From positions 64,001 through 128,000 of the forward strand of contig JBDKUN010000033.1 in NCBI GenBank assembly GCA_039679675.1: 64,000 bases of DNA. The letters run 5' to 3'. Each line of letters begins with the position of its first letter. The stretch's first letter is position 1. This DNA is from Armatimonadota bacterium. Its GTDB lineage: Bacteria > Armatimonadota > UBA5829 > DTLH01. The notes under the pieces are model-generated. The model was given only the letters and a program-made list of their open reading frames with translations. It searched no databases and was not told the DNA's origin. Position numbers and translations under genes: made by a program. Of this stretch, positions 10,549 through 20,814 are shown in pieces.

Positions 10549-11890
10549 CAAGAATTTTGAGCTTCTGGGCAGTGAGAGACTGCAGGAAGTTGCGAAAAAG
10601 GCGATGGGGTTCTCGACCGCTGATCAGACAGAGGTCTCTATAGGTATCGGACAGAGCAGCCTGACCCGGTTTGCCGGTTCGATCATTCACCAGAACGTAG
10701 CTGAGCGGAATGCAGCTATTGCTGTTCGTGCGATCATCGGCAAAAAGATCGGATATGCTACAGGCAATTCGATTACTGATGATGCGGTGCGAGAAACGGT
10801 CGAAAGAGCCGTTATATTTGCTAAAAACCAGCACGACAACCCGGACTTCAAGTCTCTGCACGGGCCGAAACCCATACCTCAGGCTCCGCAGACGTTTTTC
10901 GAGCCGACAGTGGAGTTTTCTCCTGAGGATAGAGCCGCCGCTGTTCGGAAAATCGTCGATGTAGCGTCTAAAGTCAACGCTGAGGCGTCAGGATCGTTCT
11001 CGGTGGGATACGGCGAGCATGCGATAGCCAACTCGCTTGGCGGGAGTGCCTACACGGCCGGTACGGACAGTCATCTGTCGATGGTCGTTACCGCTGGTAC
11101 CGGGTTTGGATATTCCAACAAACAAAACCGCGATGTGATGAAGATAAACGTCGAGGAAGCGGCGAATGAGGCTGCACAGACGGCTGATAAGAGCCGGAAC
11201 CCGGTCTCAATCGAGCCGGGAGAGTATGATGTTGTGCTGACTCCTTACTGCGTCGAGGATATATTGAGTTACCTCTCGTGGCTGGGCTTCAGCGCTCTTG
11301 CGGTGCAGGAAGGCCGGAGCTTCATGGCTGGGAAGCTCGGCGAGAAGGTATGCGGCGAGAATATCAATATTTGGGATGACGGGTTCGATCCCAGGGGCAG
11401 TATCAGTTCGTTTGATGGGGAAGGCCTACCCAAGCAGAAGGTAGATCTCATCGTAAACGGCGTTGCCAATGCAGTGGTCTACGATTCCTTCACAGCCGGA
11501 AAAGAAGGCAAGGAATCTACTGGCCATTCTATCGGTGGAACTGGGACTCATGGCCCATACGCGACGAATATGTTCCTTGCGCCCGGCGACAAGACTATAG
11601 AAGAGATGATCGCGAGCACCGAACGCGGGATATTTGTGACCCGGTTCAACTATACGAACGTGGTGCATCCGCTCCTCGTGATATTCACCGGTATGACCAG
11701 GGACGGGACATTCCTGATCGAGAACGGCAAGATCACGAAGCCGGTCAAGAACCTCAGGTTCACGGAAAACATTCTGAAAGTGCTTTCGAACGTGGAGATG
11801 ATTGGAAAAGACCTGAGTCTTCAGGGGATGGCGACCGTTCCGGCGATCAAAGCAAAGAACTTCCGCTTTACCGGAGTAACGGAATTCTAG
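10541..11890 (+). CDS. pmbA: PmbA/TldE partner subunit
   Basis: TRFAGSIIHQN, FDGEG, TGMTRDGTFLIENG..PVKNLRF; no HExxH. Confidence 0.9.
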   Translation: MSNKNFELLGSERLQEVAKKAMGFSTADQTEVSIGIGQSSLTRFAGSIIHQNVAERNAAIAVRAIIGKKIGYATGNSITDDAVRETVERAVIFAKNQHDNPDFKSLHGPKPIPQAPQTFFEPTVEFSPEDRAAAVRKIVDVASKVNAEASGSFSVGYGEHAIANSLGGSAYTAGTDSHLSMVVTAGTGFGYSNKQNRDVMKINVEEAANEAAQTADKSRNPVSIEPGEYDVVLTPYCVEDILSYLSWLGFSALAVQEGRSFMAGKLGEKVCGENINIWDDGFDPRGSISSFDGEGLPKQKVDLIVNGVANAVVYDSFTAGKEGKESTGHSIGGTGTHGPYATNMFLAPGDKTIEEMIASTERGIFVTRFNYTNVVHPLLVIFTGMTRDGTFLIENGKITKPVKNLRFTENILKVLSNVEMIGKDLSLQGMATVPAIKAKNFRFTGVTEF

Positions 11891-11906
11891 TTGCTATTCA
11901 CGAAAT

Positions 11907-12056
11907 AGCCTTTCTCGGACTGCATTTGTAATGTAGCCCGGACTGGCATAAAAGGGATCTGTGATACCGGATGTGTAGTTATAACCAAAACTTGCACACC
12001 CGGCATCATAGATGCCTCGTTTGTCTCTCCGGTAGGGATTGCAAATCCCTACCGAG
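11907..12056. repeat. Palindromic repeat family B, copy 1
   Basis: Reverse-complement match to 48072-48180 (CTCGGTAGGGATTTGCAATCCCT, CCGGGCT.CATT.CAAAT.CAG.CCGAG). Confidence 0.75.
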
Positions 12057-12218
12057 GTAACAGTTCACTCTTGATAAGAATTATACATCATACTGAACAA
12101 CCAGCACGTCACCCTGAACTTGATTCAGGGTCCAGTTTTTCCTGGATTCCGAGTCAAGCTCGGAATGACGTCGTGGCAGCCCGGAATGATGTTGCACTCA
12201 TCAACTCTGAACTCTTAT
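12057..12218. mobile_element. MITE-like element copy 2 containing double-hairpin REP (family A)
   Basis: Ends GTAACAGTTCA / TGAACTCTTAT; shares flanks and core with 5961-6121. Confidence 0.65.
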
Positions 12219-12256
12219 CTATCGAGTAGGTCGTGTTTCCGAGGGGATTTGGAGCA

Positions 12257-13717
12257 TTGAAAGAGTTTACTGATAAAGTTTTGCAGAAAGCGAAAGACCT
12301 CGGCGCAAGCTATGCCGATGTCAGGATAATTAAAGGTGAGTCCGAGTCTATAGGCGTCAAAAAAGGCAATGTGAATGCGCTTGCGTCATCGACCAACTAT
12401 GGGTTTGGTGTGCGGGTCATCGTAAACGGATCATGGGGGTTTTCATCAAGCTCTGTGGTCCGTGACGGCGAGATAGACAGGGTCGTCGACGAGGCCGTAC
12501 GCATAGCAAGAGCGAGTTCCTACGTGAAGAAAGAGGATGTCAAACTTGCTCCTGTCGAGCCGGTAGAAGGCAAGTTCAAAAGCGAATGGAAAGTAAACCC
12601 TTTCGAAGTCTCTCTCGAAGAAAAGATCAGCCTGCTGCTGGACGCCGACAGTATCATGCGGGAACAGCCGGAAGTAAAGATATCCGAAGGTTCCATGCGG
12701 TTCTGGCGGACTGATAACACTTTTGCAAGCACCGAAGGCAGCTACATAGAGCAGACCAAGATAGAAAGCGGCGCGGGGATAACTGCGACCGCAATCGAAG
12801 CCGGAGAAATGCAGCGGAGGTCGTATCCTGCATCCAAAGGCGGCGCATTCCAATCGAGCGGTTATGAGTTTATAGAGAGTTGGGACCTTGCCGGTCACGC
12901 CGAAGAGATCGCAAAAGAATCGGCTGACCTTCTGAAAGCCCCTCAGTGCCCGTCAGGTTTCAGCGACCTCATAATAGACAAGGATATGCTCGCGCTGCAG
13001 GTCCACGAGTCCTGTGGGCATCCAATAGAGCTGGACAGAGTATTCGGCACGGAGGCAGCATTCGCAGGAACGAGCTTTCTGACTCCTGAGAAGCTGAACA
13101 ATTACCGTTATGGCTCCGAATCGGTAAATATAGTTGCCGATGCGACTGCTCCCTGTGGTATGGGCACGTTTGCCTATGATGACGAAGGTGTTCCCGCTCA
13201 GCGCGTCGATATAATCAAAGAAGGTATCTTCTCCGGATACCTCTCATCCAGAGAGACTGCTGCTCAGATGGGATGGGACGCAAGCGGCGGCGCGATGAGA
13301 GCTTCAGGTTGGAATAGAATTCCTATCATCAGGATGACGAACATCAATCTGCTGCCCGGAGACTGGACGCTCGACGAGATTATCAAAGACACCAAGAAAG
13401 GCATACTTGGGCGTTCTGTCACATCGTGGAGCATAGATGACAAGCGGCTTAACTTCCAGTTCGGAACAGAGATCGGTTATGTGATCAACGACGGAAGCAT
13501 CACCGGGATCGTGAAGAACGTCACGTATACAGGCATTACCCCTGAGTTCTGGGGCAGCTGCGATGCCGTTTCGAACAAAGACGAGTGGGAGATGCGGGGT
13601 ACGCCGAACTGCGGTAAAGGCGAGCCAGGTCAGGTTATACATGTCGGGCATGGAGTAGCTCCTGCGCGGTTCAGAAACGTGCGGATAGGGGTAATGGAGC
13701 AATCGGAGGAAATTTGA
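12257..13717 (+). CDS. tldD: TldD metalloprotease (copy 2)
   Basis: HESCGH, NCGKGEP; very similar to 9067-10548 in protein and DNA; TTG start at 12257. Confidence 0.93.
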   Translation: MKEFTDKVLQKAKDLGASYADVRIIKGESESIGVKKGNVNALASSTNYGFGVRVIVNGSWGFSSSSVVRDGEIDRVVDEAVRIARASSYVKKEDVKLAPVEPVEGKFKSEWKVNPFEVSLEEKISLLLDADSIMREQPEVKISEGSMRFWRTDNTFASTEGSYIEQTKIESGAGITATAIEAGEMQRRSYPASKGGAFQSSGYEFIESWDLAGHAEEIAKESADLLKAPQCPSGFSDLIIDKDMLALQVHESCGHPIELDRVFGTEAAFAGTSFLTPEKLNNYRYGSESVNIVADATAPCGMGTFAYDDEGVPAQRVDIIKEGIFSGYLSSRETAAQMGWDASGGAMRASGWNRIPIIRMTNINLLPGDWTLDEIIKDTKKGILGRSVTSWSIDDKRLNFQFGTEIGYVINDGSITGIVKNVTYTGITPEFWGSCDAVSNKDEWEMRGTPNCGKGEPGQVIHVGHGVAPARFRNVRIGVMEQSEEI

Positions 13718-14367
13718 TGAGTTCAGCACTGATTGTACAAGGCGGATGGGAAGGTCACGAGCCCGTTCAAGTCTCGGAAATACTTGCGGGCGCGCTCCGC
13801 GAGCACGGGTTCGACGTCGAAGTATCGGATACTCTTGATGCGTTCAAAGATCAGGCAAAGCTGGAATCGTTGGACCTCATAGTCCCGCTCTGGACAATGG
13901 GAGCTATCACCCAGGAGCAGCTTGGCCCGGTCCTGACAGCTATCAGAAACGGCACCGGAGTTGCCGGACTGCATGGCGGCATGGGCGATGCCTTTAGAAA
14001 CGAGACTGAATGGCAGTTCATGGTCGGCGGACAGTGGGTTGCCCATCCGGGCGGCATCATCGACTATGAAGTGAACATTACCAATAAGTATGATCCCATT
14101 ACAGTCGGTCTGGATGACTTCAAGATGCACTCAGAGCAGTATTATATGCACGTCGATCCTTCGAATGAAGTGCTGGCGACGACTACTTTCAGCGGCGACA
14201 ATGCATTCTGGATCGCCGGAACAGTAATGCCTGTTGCATGGAAGAGACATTACGGCAAAGGCCGCGTCTTCTACAGTTCCCTGGGCCATGTCGCAGCCGA
14301 TCTGAGTGTCCCCGAAGCACTTACTATTATGACCAGAGGCATGCTCTGGGCCGCAGGTAAGCTGTAA
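13717..14367 (+). CDS. ThuA-like (trehalose utilisation/GATase1-like) protein
   Basis: [48 protein letters not shown]. Confidence 0.88.
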   Translation: MSSALIVQGGWEGHEPVQVSEILAGALREHGFDVEVSDTLDAFKDQAKLESLDLIVPLWTMGAITQEQLGPVLTAIRNGTGVAGLHGGMGDAFRNETEWQFMVGGQWVAHPGGIIDYEVNITNKYDPITVGLDDFKMHSEQYYMHVDPSNEVLATTTFSGDNAFWIAGTVMPVAWKRHYGKGRVFYSSLGHVAADLSVPEALTIMTRGMLWAAGKL

Positions 14368-14412
14368 AGTCCTGAAAATCAATGCCAAGTAGCCGAAAGG
14401 GTTTGTTGTGCC

Positions 14413-14441
14413 TTGGCAGACGAACGAATGTTCGATATTAT
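14413..14441 (+). promoter_or_regulatory. Promoter with LexA (Cheo-type) SOS box in its spacer
   Basis: TTGGCA-17-TATTAT; perfect CGAAC-GAAT-GTTCG at 14421-14434. Confidence 0.8.
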
Positions 14442-14479
14442 GTCTAATAAGCATAAAGACGTTGTGTTGAGGGTGGCGT

Positions 14480-14740
14480 ATGGAAGCAGTCACTGTCGAC
14501 GAAGAGGTTCGAGTGGGAGCGGCGTTCGACAATAGAAAGATATGCCCGGTATGGTTCCTGTGGAGGAGCCGTTACTACAGGGTAAGGAGGGTTACCTACA
14601 ACTGGCGGAGCAGCCTGGGGATCGAAAAGCTGTACTATTTCGCCGTTACCGTAGCCAGCGGCAGCAGTGTGTACGAGTTGTGTTTCAACTCAGGCTCCCT
14701 TGAGTGGACGCTTTCCAGGATCAGCGGAGGTGACGTATGA
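14480..14740 (+). CDS. Small dinB-associated protein (DUF6504-like)
   Basis: PVWFLWRSRYYRV..W..YELCF..WTL pattern; ATGA overlap with dinB. Confidence 0.7.
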   Translation: MEAVTVDEEVRVGAAFDNRKICPVWFLWRSRYYRVRRVTYNWRSSLGIEKLYYFAVTVASGSSVYELCFNSGSLEWTLSRISGGDV

Positions 14741-15900
14741 CGGATGATCGGACGATCATTCTGGTTGATATGGACGCGTTTTTTGCAAGTATAGAGCAGC
14801 AGTGCAACCCTGGCCTCAGGGGTAAGCCGGTTCTGGTCGGTGGAAGTCTGACCGGCCGCTCCGTAATCTCCGCTGCGAGCTACGAAGCCCGGGCTTACGG
14901 CATCCATTCAGCTATGCCTGTTATGGAGGCGATTGGGCGATGTCCCGATGCCGTTCTGGTGCATGGAAACCTGAGCAAATACACGGATACGGCGCACCGG
15001 GTCTTTAAAATCTGCGGCGATTATACCGACCTGATGGAGATATATTCGATAGATGAGTGCTTTTTGGATGTTACAGGCACAGCGGAGCGCTTCGGCGGGG
15101 CGTGGGATGTAGCCAGGAACATCAAACGCCGTATAAAGTCTGAGTTGGGGCTGACCTGTTCGATAGGAATTGCTCAAAATAAGATGCTTTCCAAGCTCGC
15201 CTCCGGGATGGGGAAGCCTGATGGGCTGATGGAGATAAAGAAAGATGATGTAGAGGCGCTTCTGAAAGACCTGTCGGTGGAGAAACTGCATGGGATCGGG
15301 GATAAAGTCAGGGTAAGGCTCGCGAGGATGGGGATTACGAAGGCAAGTGAGCTTGCGAGGGCTTCGAGACCTATGCTTAAGCGCGAGTTCGGTGTCTTTG
15401 GTGATGTGCTTTATTGGATGGGAAACGGAGTGGACCAGTCTCCGATAATCCCGTATCACAGCGAGCCGGATATGAAGTCCGTCGGGCATTCGTATACGAT
15501 GGAACGGAACACCAGGGACTTGAATATAGTGTGCCGCCACCTGCTGAGACTCTCGGAGATGGTAGGCCGCCAGTTGAGGGAGCAGCACTTTGCCGGCAGG
15601 ACAGTCACGCTCGTAGTAAGATATGCCGACATGCACACATTCAGCCGCCAGCGGAGCATCCCGGAGTATATCGACGATGGATACGCTATCTACAGGGCTG
15701 CACTGTCGATTCTTAGAAAGCAGGACGATGACAAACGTGCCATTCGGTTGGTGGGAGTGAGTGTATCCAACCTGGTGAAAGGTGCATGCCAGCTCGATCT
15801 GTTTGCAGACCCCCGCGTCCGCAGCCTGCTTAAGGCCATGGACGCCATCAACGACAGGTACGGGGAATTTACCATCAAACGTGCCAGCCTGATCCCATAG
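14737..15900 (+). CDS. dinB: DNA polymerase IV
   Basis: VDMDAFFASIEQ, ASYEAR, SIDE, KPDG, clamp motif QLDLF. Confidence 0.95.
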   Translation: MTDDRTIILVDMDAFFASIEQQCNPGLRGKPVLVGGSLTGRSVISAASYEARAYGIHSAMPVMEAIGRCPDAVLVHGNLSKYTDTAHRVFKICGDYTDLMEIYSIDECFLDVTGTAERFGGAWDVARNIKRRIKSELGLTCSIGIAQNKMLSKLASGMGKPDGLMEIKKDDVEALLKDLSVEKLHGIGDKVRVRLARMGITKASELARASRPMLKREFGVFGDVLYWMGNGVDQSPIIPYHSEPDMKSVGHSYTMERNTRDLNIVCRHLLRLSEMVGRQLREQHFAGRTVTLVVRYADMHTFSRQRSIPEYIDDGYAIYRAALSILRKQDDDKRAIRLVGVSVSNLVKGACQLDLFADPRVRSLLKAMDAINDRYGEFTIKRASLIP

Positions 15901-16009
15901 AATGTATATTAAGAGTGATTTCGGCAGGACAGCGGCTTGACTTCACCGCTCAGGTCGGATATTGTTTGATCACAGAGTTTTGAATATTCAGGAGAAGTAT
16001 TTGCAGGGT

Positions 16010-16873
16010 ATGCAATCACGAACAATAAGCATCGGCTCGCTTGAGCGGCGTTATATAGTTTACGTTCCGGATAGTTATTACACGCAAAAGTTTGTTTCTC
16101 TCGTGATAATGCTGCATGGCGGCGGAGGGACTGCAAAAGGCGCGATGGAGGAGACTGGCTGGACCAGGAAAGCAGATAAAGAAGGCTTTATAGCCGCATT
16201 TCCGGAGGCTATCCGGCAGGACGAGTCGCAGCCGCCCAGGTTTCTCCGTAACCCGCAGTTCTGGAATGATGGCTCAGGCCGGGCGTATTCAGGCAAAGAG
16301 AACGTCGATGATGTCGGGTTCATAAACGCGATGATCGATGATCTGATGTCCAGCTATGTAATAGATAAACGCAAAATCTTTATCACCGGGTTCTCGAACG
16401 GGGCATCAATGACTTACCGCGCTGGAGTAGAGCTGTCTAAACGTATCGCCGCGATAGCCCCTGTATCCGGTCATTTGTGGACTAAACCTGAGACACTGGA
16501 GCGCGAAGTGTCTGTTTTGGCGATTACCGGCGTCGAAGACCCGCTGAACCCGTTTAACGGCGGCGAGACGGTCAGTCCGTGGAGAGATAAAGAGATAAAA
16601 CCTCCTATGGCGGGTTCCATTAGAGCCTGGGCAAAGCTGATCGGTTGTTCAGAAAGTATTGAAATACGGCGGGATGAAAACGGTGTAAAGATCGAGGCTT
16701 ATAAAGGGTGTAGAAACGGCGTGGAAGCGTTGTTTTGCGCAATAGACGGCCTGGGGCATGTGTGGCCGGGCGGTAAAAGCTTGCTTCACGAGAGAATCGT
16801 TGGTAAAGGCAGCGATAAATTGGATGCAACGGACACGATATGGCAGTTTTTCACAGAGCATCCTATTCCGTAA
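16010..16873 (+). CDS. PHB depolymerase/LpqC family esterase
   Basis: MLHGGGG, GFSNGA nucleophile elbow, GHVWPGG; start could be TTG 16001. Confidence 0.85.
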   Translation: MQSRTISIGSLERRYIVYVPDSYYTQKFVSLVIMLHGGGGTAKGAMEETGWTRKADKEGFIAAFPEAIRQDESQPPRFLRNPQFWNDGSGRAYSGKENVDDVGFINAMIDDLMSSYVIDKRKIFITGFSNGASMTYRAGVELSKRIAAIAPVSGHLWTKPETLEREVSVLAITGVEDPLNPFNGGETVSPWRDKEIKPPMAGSIRAWAKLIGCSESIEIRRDENGVKIEAYKGCRNGVEALFCAIDGLGHVWPGGKSLLHERIVGKGSDKLDATDTIWQFFTEHPIP

Positions 16874-17519
16874 AGACAATTGTCCCGAAGCGGCTCGGCC
16901 TGTGAAAGTTCGCCGGGCTTAAAAGTGTCGGCGACCAGGCTTGAAACTCGACCGGCTCCGGTGACAGGTCGATCCGATAGAGGTTTCCGCGCCATTTTTC
17001 ACCGGGCTTCGGGGTTTTGCGTCCAAGAGAGGCAAACGGGATAGCAATCTCGACGGTCCAGCCTTTGTCTATATCGTTTCTATCGTCGAGCGTGCCGTCT
17101 ACGACCACGGCAGTCTTGAGCCCGGCTATATCCCATTCCTTCCGGCCTTCGAAGACCGGCGGATCATCGGTCGAAGCACTGATTTCGGTATCGAATACGA
17201 CATTTCGAGGGCTCACATTCAGCTCATAGTAATGGGTCAGGTCTCCGTACGGCGACAGGAATGCTTCTACGACCTCTTCATTCCAGATAAGGTCGTCGCG
17301 GTTGAACATAGTTCCCCAGATGTCCTGGTCGATGCAATCGAACGCCAGATAAAGACAGTCGTCATCCCAGCAGAGCTTTACGCTCGTCGGTTTGGATGCG
17401 GCCGCGCCATCTTCGGAAAGAACAAGATTCACAGCCTCGGCGTGAGACCATGCGCCGTCATCGAGTCGCCCGTCGATAACCGGCGGAATATTTATTTTAT
17501 GGCAGTTGTATATCATCAT
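16863..17519 (-). CDS. Carbohydrate-binding family 9-like protein
   Basis: PVIDGRLDD..W, WDDDCLYLAF, YYELNVSP, WTVEIAIPF, WRGNLYR, FHRPSRFG. Confidence 0.85.
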   Translation of the reverse strand: MMIYNCHKINIPPVIDGRLDDGAWSHAEAVNLVLSEDGAAASKPTSVKLCWDDDCLYLAFDCIDQDIWGTMFNRDDLIWNEEVVEAFLSPYGDLTHYYELNVSPRNVVFDTEISASTDDPPVFEGRKEWDIAGLKTAVVVDGTLDDRNDIDKGWTVEIAIPFASLGRKTPKPGEKWRGNLYRIDLSPEPVEFQAWSPTLLSPANFHRPSRFGTIVFTE

Positions 17520-17701
17520 CTCATTTTCAGCTTCGGCATGGAGCTGAAATGTTCCTTCTGCACTTGCCGAATGAAGCGATTAATTGTAGACTGTTGTCGA
17601 GGTTGATATATGCCGAAGAATGATTAAACATATCCGCATCTCAGCCGTAATAATATATAGAGACTTAAAGCTACAATCAGCAAGGCTTTTACGAGAGAAA
17701 T

Positions 17702-18817
17702 ATGTATAGACCAACTTACGCAGAGATTGATTTAAACGCAATAAAGGAGAATATTCAGGCAATACGCCGGGCTGTGGGTTCCGGTGTGAGGATTATGCCG
17801 GCAGTCAAGGCTGACGGTTACGGGCATGGCGCTGTCAAGGTCGGGAAAACGGCTCTTGCAGCCGGCGCTGATATGCTTGGTGTCGCAAGTGTGGAGGAAG
17901 CGCTCGAACTCAGAAGCAATGGGATCGACGCTCCCATACTGATCCTCGGATGCTCCAGCGGCTGTTCCGCCCGCGAAATAGTGGAGTTCGGTATCTCTGC
18001 GACTGTCTGCGACTTGAGCGCCGCCTGCGATCTTGCCGCTGAGGCCACACGGCAAGAGAAAAAAGCTCATATTCATGTGAAAGTTGATACCGGCATGGGG
18101 CGGATAGGTGTTCCTTCTGATGGAGCCGTTGAGTTGGTCACGGCCTTGATTGGCCTCCCGCAGCTTGAAATAGACGGTATATTTACGCATTTTCCATCTT
18201 CAGATGAGGCGGACAGGTCCTTCACGGAAGAACAGATAAGATTATTCAAGAGTATAGTATCCAAACTAAGCGAGCTTGGTATACGGCCCGAGTATGCTCA
18301 CGCGGCAAATAGTGGAGCTGTGCTCGATTATCCATCAGCTTACCTGGATATGGTACGGCCGGGAATTGCCATCTACGGGCTTTATCCATCGCCGGAAGCG
18401 AGCAGGAGCATAGAACTGAAGCCCGCTCTGACCTTCCGCACAAAGATCATCTTTATGAAAGATTATTCTGCCGGTAGGACTATCAGCTACGGGCGTACAT
18501 TCAAGACTTTACGCAGCACCAAAGTCGCCGTTATTCCCGTAGGTTATGCGGACGGCTTCGAGAGATCGCTGTCGAACAAAGGTGAGGTGTCCGTAAAAGG
18601 ATACAGAGCTCCTGTTATCGGCCGGGTCTGCATGGACCAGACAATGATCGATGTGACGGATGTCCCGGACGCGGCAATTGGAGATGACGTCATCCTGCTC
18701 GGCGGCGGAGTGGAGTATTTATCCGTAGAACGGGTTGCCGAAGTGCTGGGGACTATACCGCATGATGTCGTAACATCCATTGGTAAGCGCGTGCCGAGGG
18801 TTTACGTCGGCGAATAA
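17702..18817 (+). CDS. alr: Alanine racemase
   Basis: AVKADGYGHG, HVKVDTGMGRIG, ISYGRTF, PVGYADG, GRVCMDQ. Confidence 0.95.
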   Translation: MYRPTYAEIDLNAIKENIQAIRRAVGSGVRIMPAVKADGYGHGAVKVGKTALAAGADMLGVASVEEALELRSNGIDAPILILGCSSGCSAREIVEFGISATVCDLSAACDLAAEATRQEKKAHIHVKVDTGMGRIGVPSDGAVELVTALIGLPQLEIDGIFTHFPSSDEADRSFTEEQIRLFKSIVSKLSELGIRPEYAHAANSGAVLDYPSAYLDMVRPGIAIYGLYPSPEASRSIELKPALTFRTKIIFMKDYSAGRTISYGRTFKTLRSTKVAVIPVGYADGFERSLSNKGEVSVKGYRAPVIGRVCMDQTMIDVTDVPDAAIGDDVILLGGGVEYLSVERVAEVLGTIPHDVVTSIGKRVPRVYVGE

Positions 18818-18822
18818 GACGT

Positions 18823-19788
18823 TCAGGGATTATCAGCTCCATATAGAGAGAAATCCGCACACATGGGCCGATGGTTCGACGCGTCGATCTTCGGCATCCA
18901 GCACTGGACTGGCTCGATGCTGCCTTTCGAGAAGATGTGGTCGATGCGGACCATCGGTAGTTCTCTCTTGTAGCTCAGGCCAAGCCCTTGTCCCCTGCGC
19001 TTGAAGGCATTCGTCATATGTGAACCGAGCATTCTGTAAATCCGCGTGTTCGGCGGGGTGTTGAAGTCTCCGCATACGATTACCGGAACATCTGCGGGCA
19101 GTTCGTTCAGAATTTCGGTCGCCTGTTTCATCCGCAGATCGTCTGCAGCGCAGATATTACCAGGTGTCATGCTCGATAGCCTTGGCTTGAACGGCACTGC
19201 AAAGTGGGTGTTTGCGATTACGACCTCCTCGCCGTCCACATCCGCTGCTGCCCAGAGCGCGGAATGGGTAGTTCCGAGCCGCTTTAAGGGAAACCTGCTC
19301 AAGATGACAAGTTCGCCGCAGACTTTTGAACTCCACCCCCTAAACTGTGGACGGGAGAGCATCTCGTCCAGATGTTTTTGTGCCCACGGGTCTGCTTCCT
19401 GAAGGCAAATGATGTCCGGCATTGTCTGCGTGAAAAGCTCCGGCAGGCGGGAGCCGCCTCTGCCGTAGTATAAGTTCCATGTCAGGATTCTAAGCTGTGA
19501 CGGCATTTTCGGTGAAGCCTGTGGGAGGGACATCCCAATCAGAAATATAAGTACGAAGGCTACCGGGACTATCGAAATGACCGCAAGCCACCATTTGTGG
19601 CGGATGATCATATAAACGGTGAGGATGATCGGCGGCATCAGCCATACCTGCTGCGGCATGTAGACAAGAAGGAGCGTTGGCCACCAGCGCTCACCTGGGA
19701 ACCGTTCGAGTGCGATTACAAGAAGGATAAGGAGAACCCCGGCAGCGGCAAGTGTAAAATCCGATCTGAGAGTAAATGGGATTTTCAT
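18823..19788 (-). CDS. Membrane-anchored endonuclease/exonuclease/phosphatase family protein
   Basis: 3 N-terminal TMs; LTWN, LQE, GDFNTP, RIDH, SNHRP. Confidence 0.88.
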   Translation of the reverse strand: MKIPFTLRSDFTLAAAGVLLILLVIALERFPGERWWPTLLLVYMPQQVWLMPPIILTVYMIIRHKWWLAVISIVPVAFVLIFLIGMSLPQASPKMPSQLRILTWNLYYGRGGSRLPELFTQTMPDIICLQEADPWAQKHLDEMLSRPQFRGWSSKVCGELVILSRFPLKRLGTTHSALWAAADVDGEEVVIANTHFAVPFKPRLSSMTPGNICAADDLRMKQATEILNELPADVPVIVCGDFNTPPNTRIYRMLGSHMTNAFKRRGQGLGLSYKRELPMVRIDHIFSKGSIEPVQCWMPKIDASNHRPMCADFSLYGADNP

Positions 19789-19952
19789 AGCTGACCTGTA
19801 TATACCCAACAGGCAGGCGTATAATCTCTTTCGCGTATTTTGCGGTTCAGAAATTGAGGGTAAAACCTGAAACAGCTATTGTCACTTAAGCTCGCACGGA
19901 GTTACAATAGCTAAAATGTTCAGTCAGATAGCTTTATGCGGAGGACAGGCAT

Positions 19953-20798
19953 ATGCGTTTTAGAAAAGCGTTAATCTTATTACTCCTGCTGTTATGTATA
20001 CCTGCTGTTGCGCAAAACAGCGGGTTCATGTTCGTTCAGATAGCAGATCCCCAGTTGGGAATCTCGGAGAAAGATAAGAGCATGACTCAGGAAGTGAATA
20101 ACTTCGAGAAAGCTGTAAAGCATATAAACCAGCTTCAGCCAGCTTTTGTGGTTATATCAGGTGATCTGGTAAATCAAAAGCAAGATATGGAACAGATTAA
20201 CGCTTTCTGGAATGTAGCAAAGCAGATTCGACCGGAAATACCGCTGTTTCTGGTTTCCGGTAATCACGACCTGGCTCCGGCTACAGAAAGTGATGTGCAG
20301 TCCTACAGAAAGCTGTTCGGAAATGACTATTACTCGTTCACGTATGGCGGGTCTACGTTTATAGTGCTCGATTCTTCTGTGATCCATTATACCGAGGGTG
20401 ATCCGGTGATACGTAAGGCCCAGCGGGGATGGTTTGAAAGCCAACTGGCAGAAGCGAGAAAGAACAATGCTAGCCATATCTTTGTGCTGACTCATCATCC
20501 GTGGTTTATTAATAATCCCGACGAGATCGATGCCAATGATAATATACCGTTGTCTGAACGCAAGGACTATCTATCACTGATGGATACTTATGGAGTCGAT
20601 TACGCCTTAGCAGGACACCTGCACATGGAAGTATTCGGGCAGTATGGCAAGATGTCACTTATTACCACCGGTCCATTAAGTAAATCATTTACCAAAACAC
20701 CTGTGGGTTTGCGTATATTCAAAGTTTACAAAGACAGAGTCGAGCAGGAATACTATCCGCTCGACAAAATACCTGATCATATCGAAGTAAATAAATAG
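19953..20798 (+). CDS. Secreted calcineurin-like metallophosphoesterase
   Basis: Signal peptide; ADPQ, SGDL, GNHD, HHP, GHLH. Confidence 0.9.
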   Translation: MRFRKALILLLLLLCIPAVAQNSGFMFVQIADPQLGISEKDKSMTQEVNNFEKAVKHINQLQPAFVVISGDLVNQKQDMEQINAFWNVAKQIRPEIPLFLVSGNHDLAPATESDVQSYRKLFGNDYYSFTYGGSTFIVLDSSVIHYTEGDPVIRKAQRGWFESQLAEARKNNASHIFVLTHHPWFINNPDEIDANDNIPLSERKDYLSLMDTYGVDYALAGHLHMEVFGQYGKMSLITTGPLSKSFTKTPVGLRIFKVYKDRVEQEYYPLDKIPDHIEVNK

Positions 20799-20814
20799 AA
20801 AAGGGTTTGTTTAG

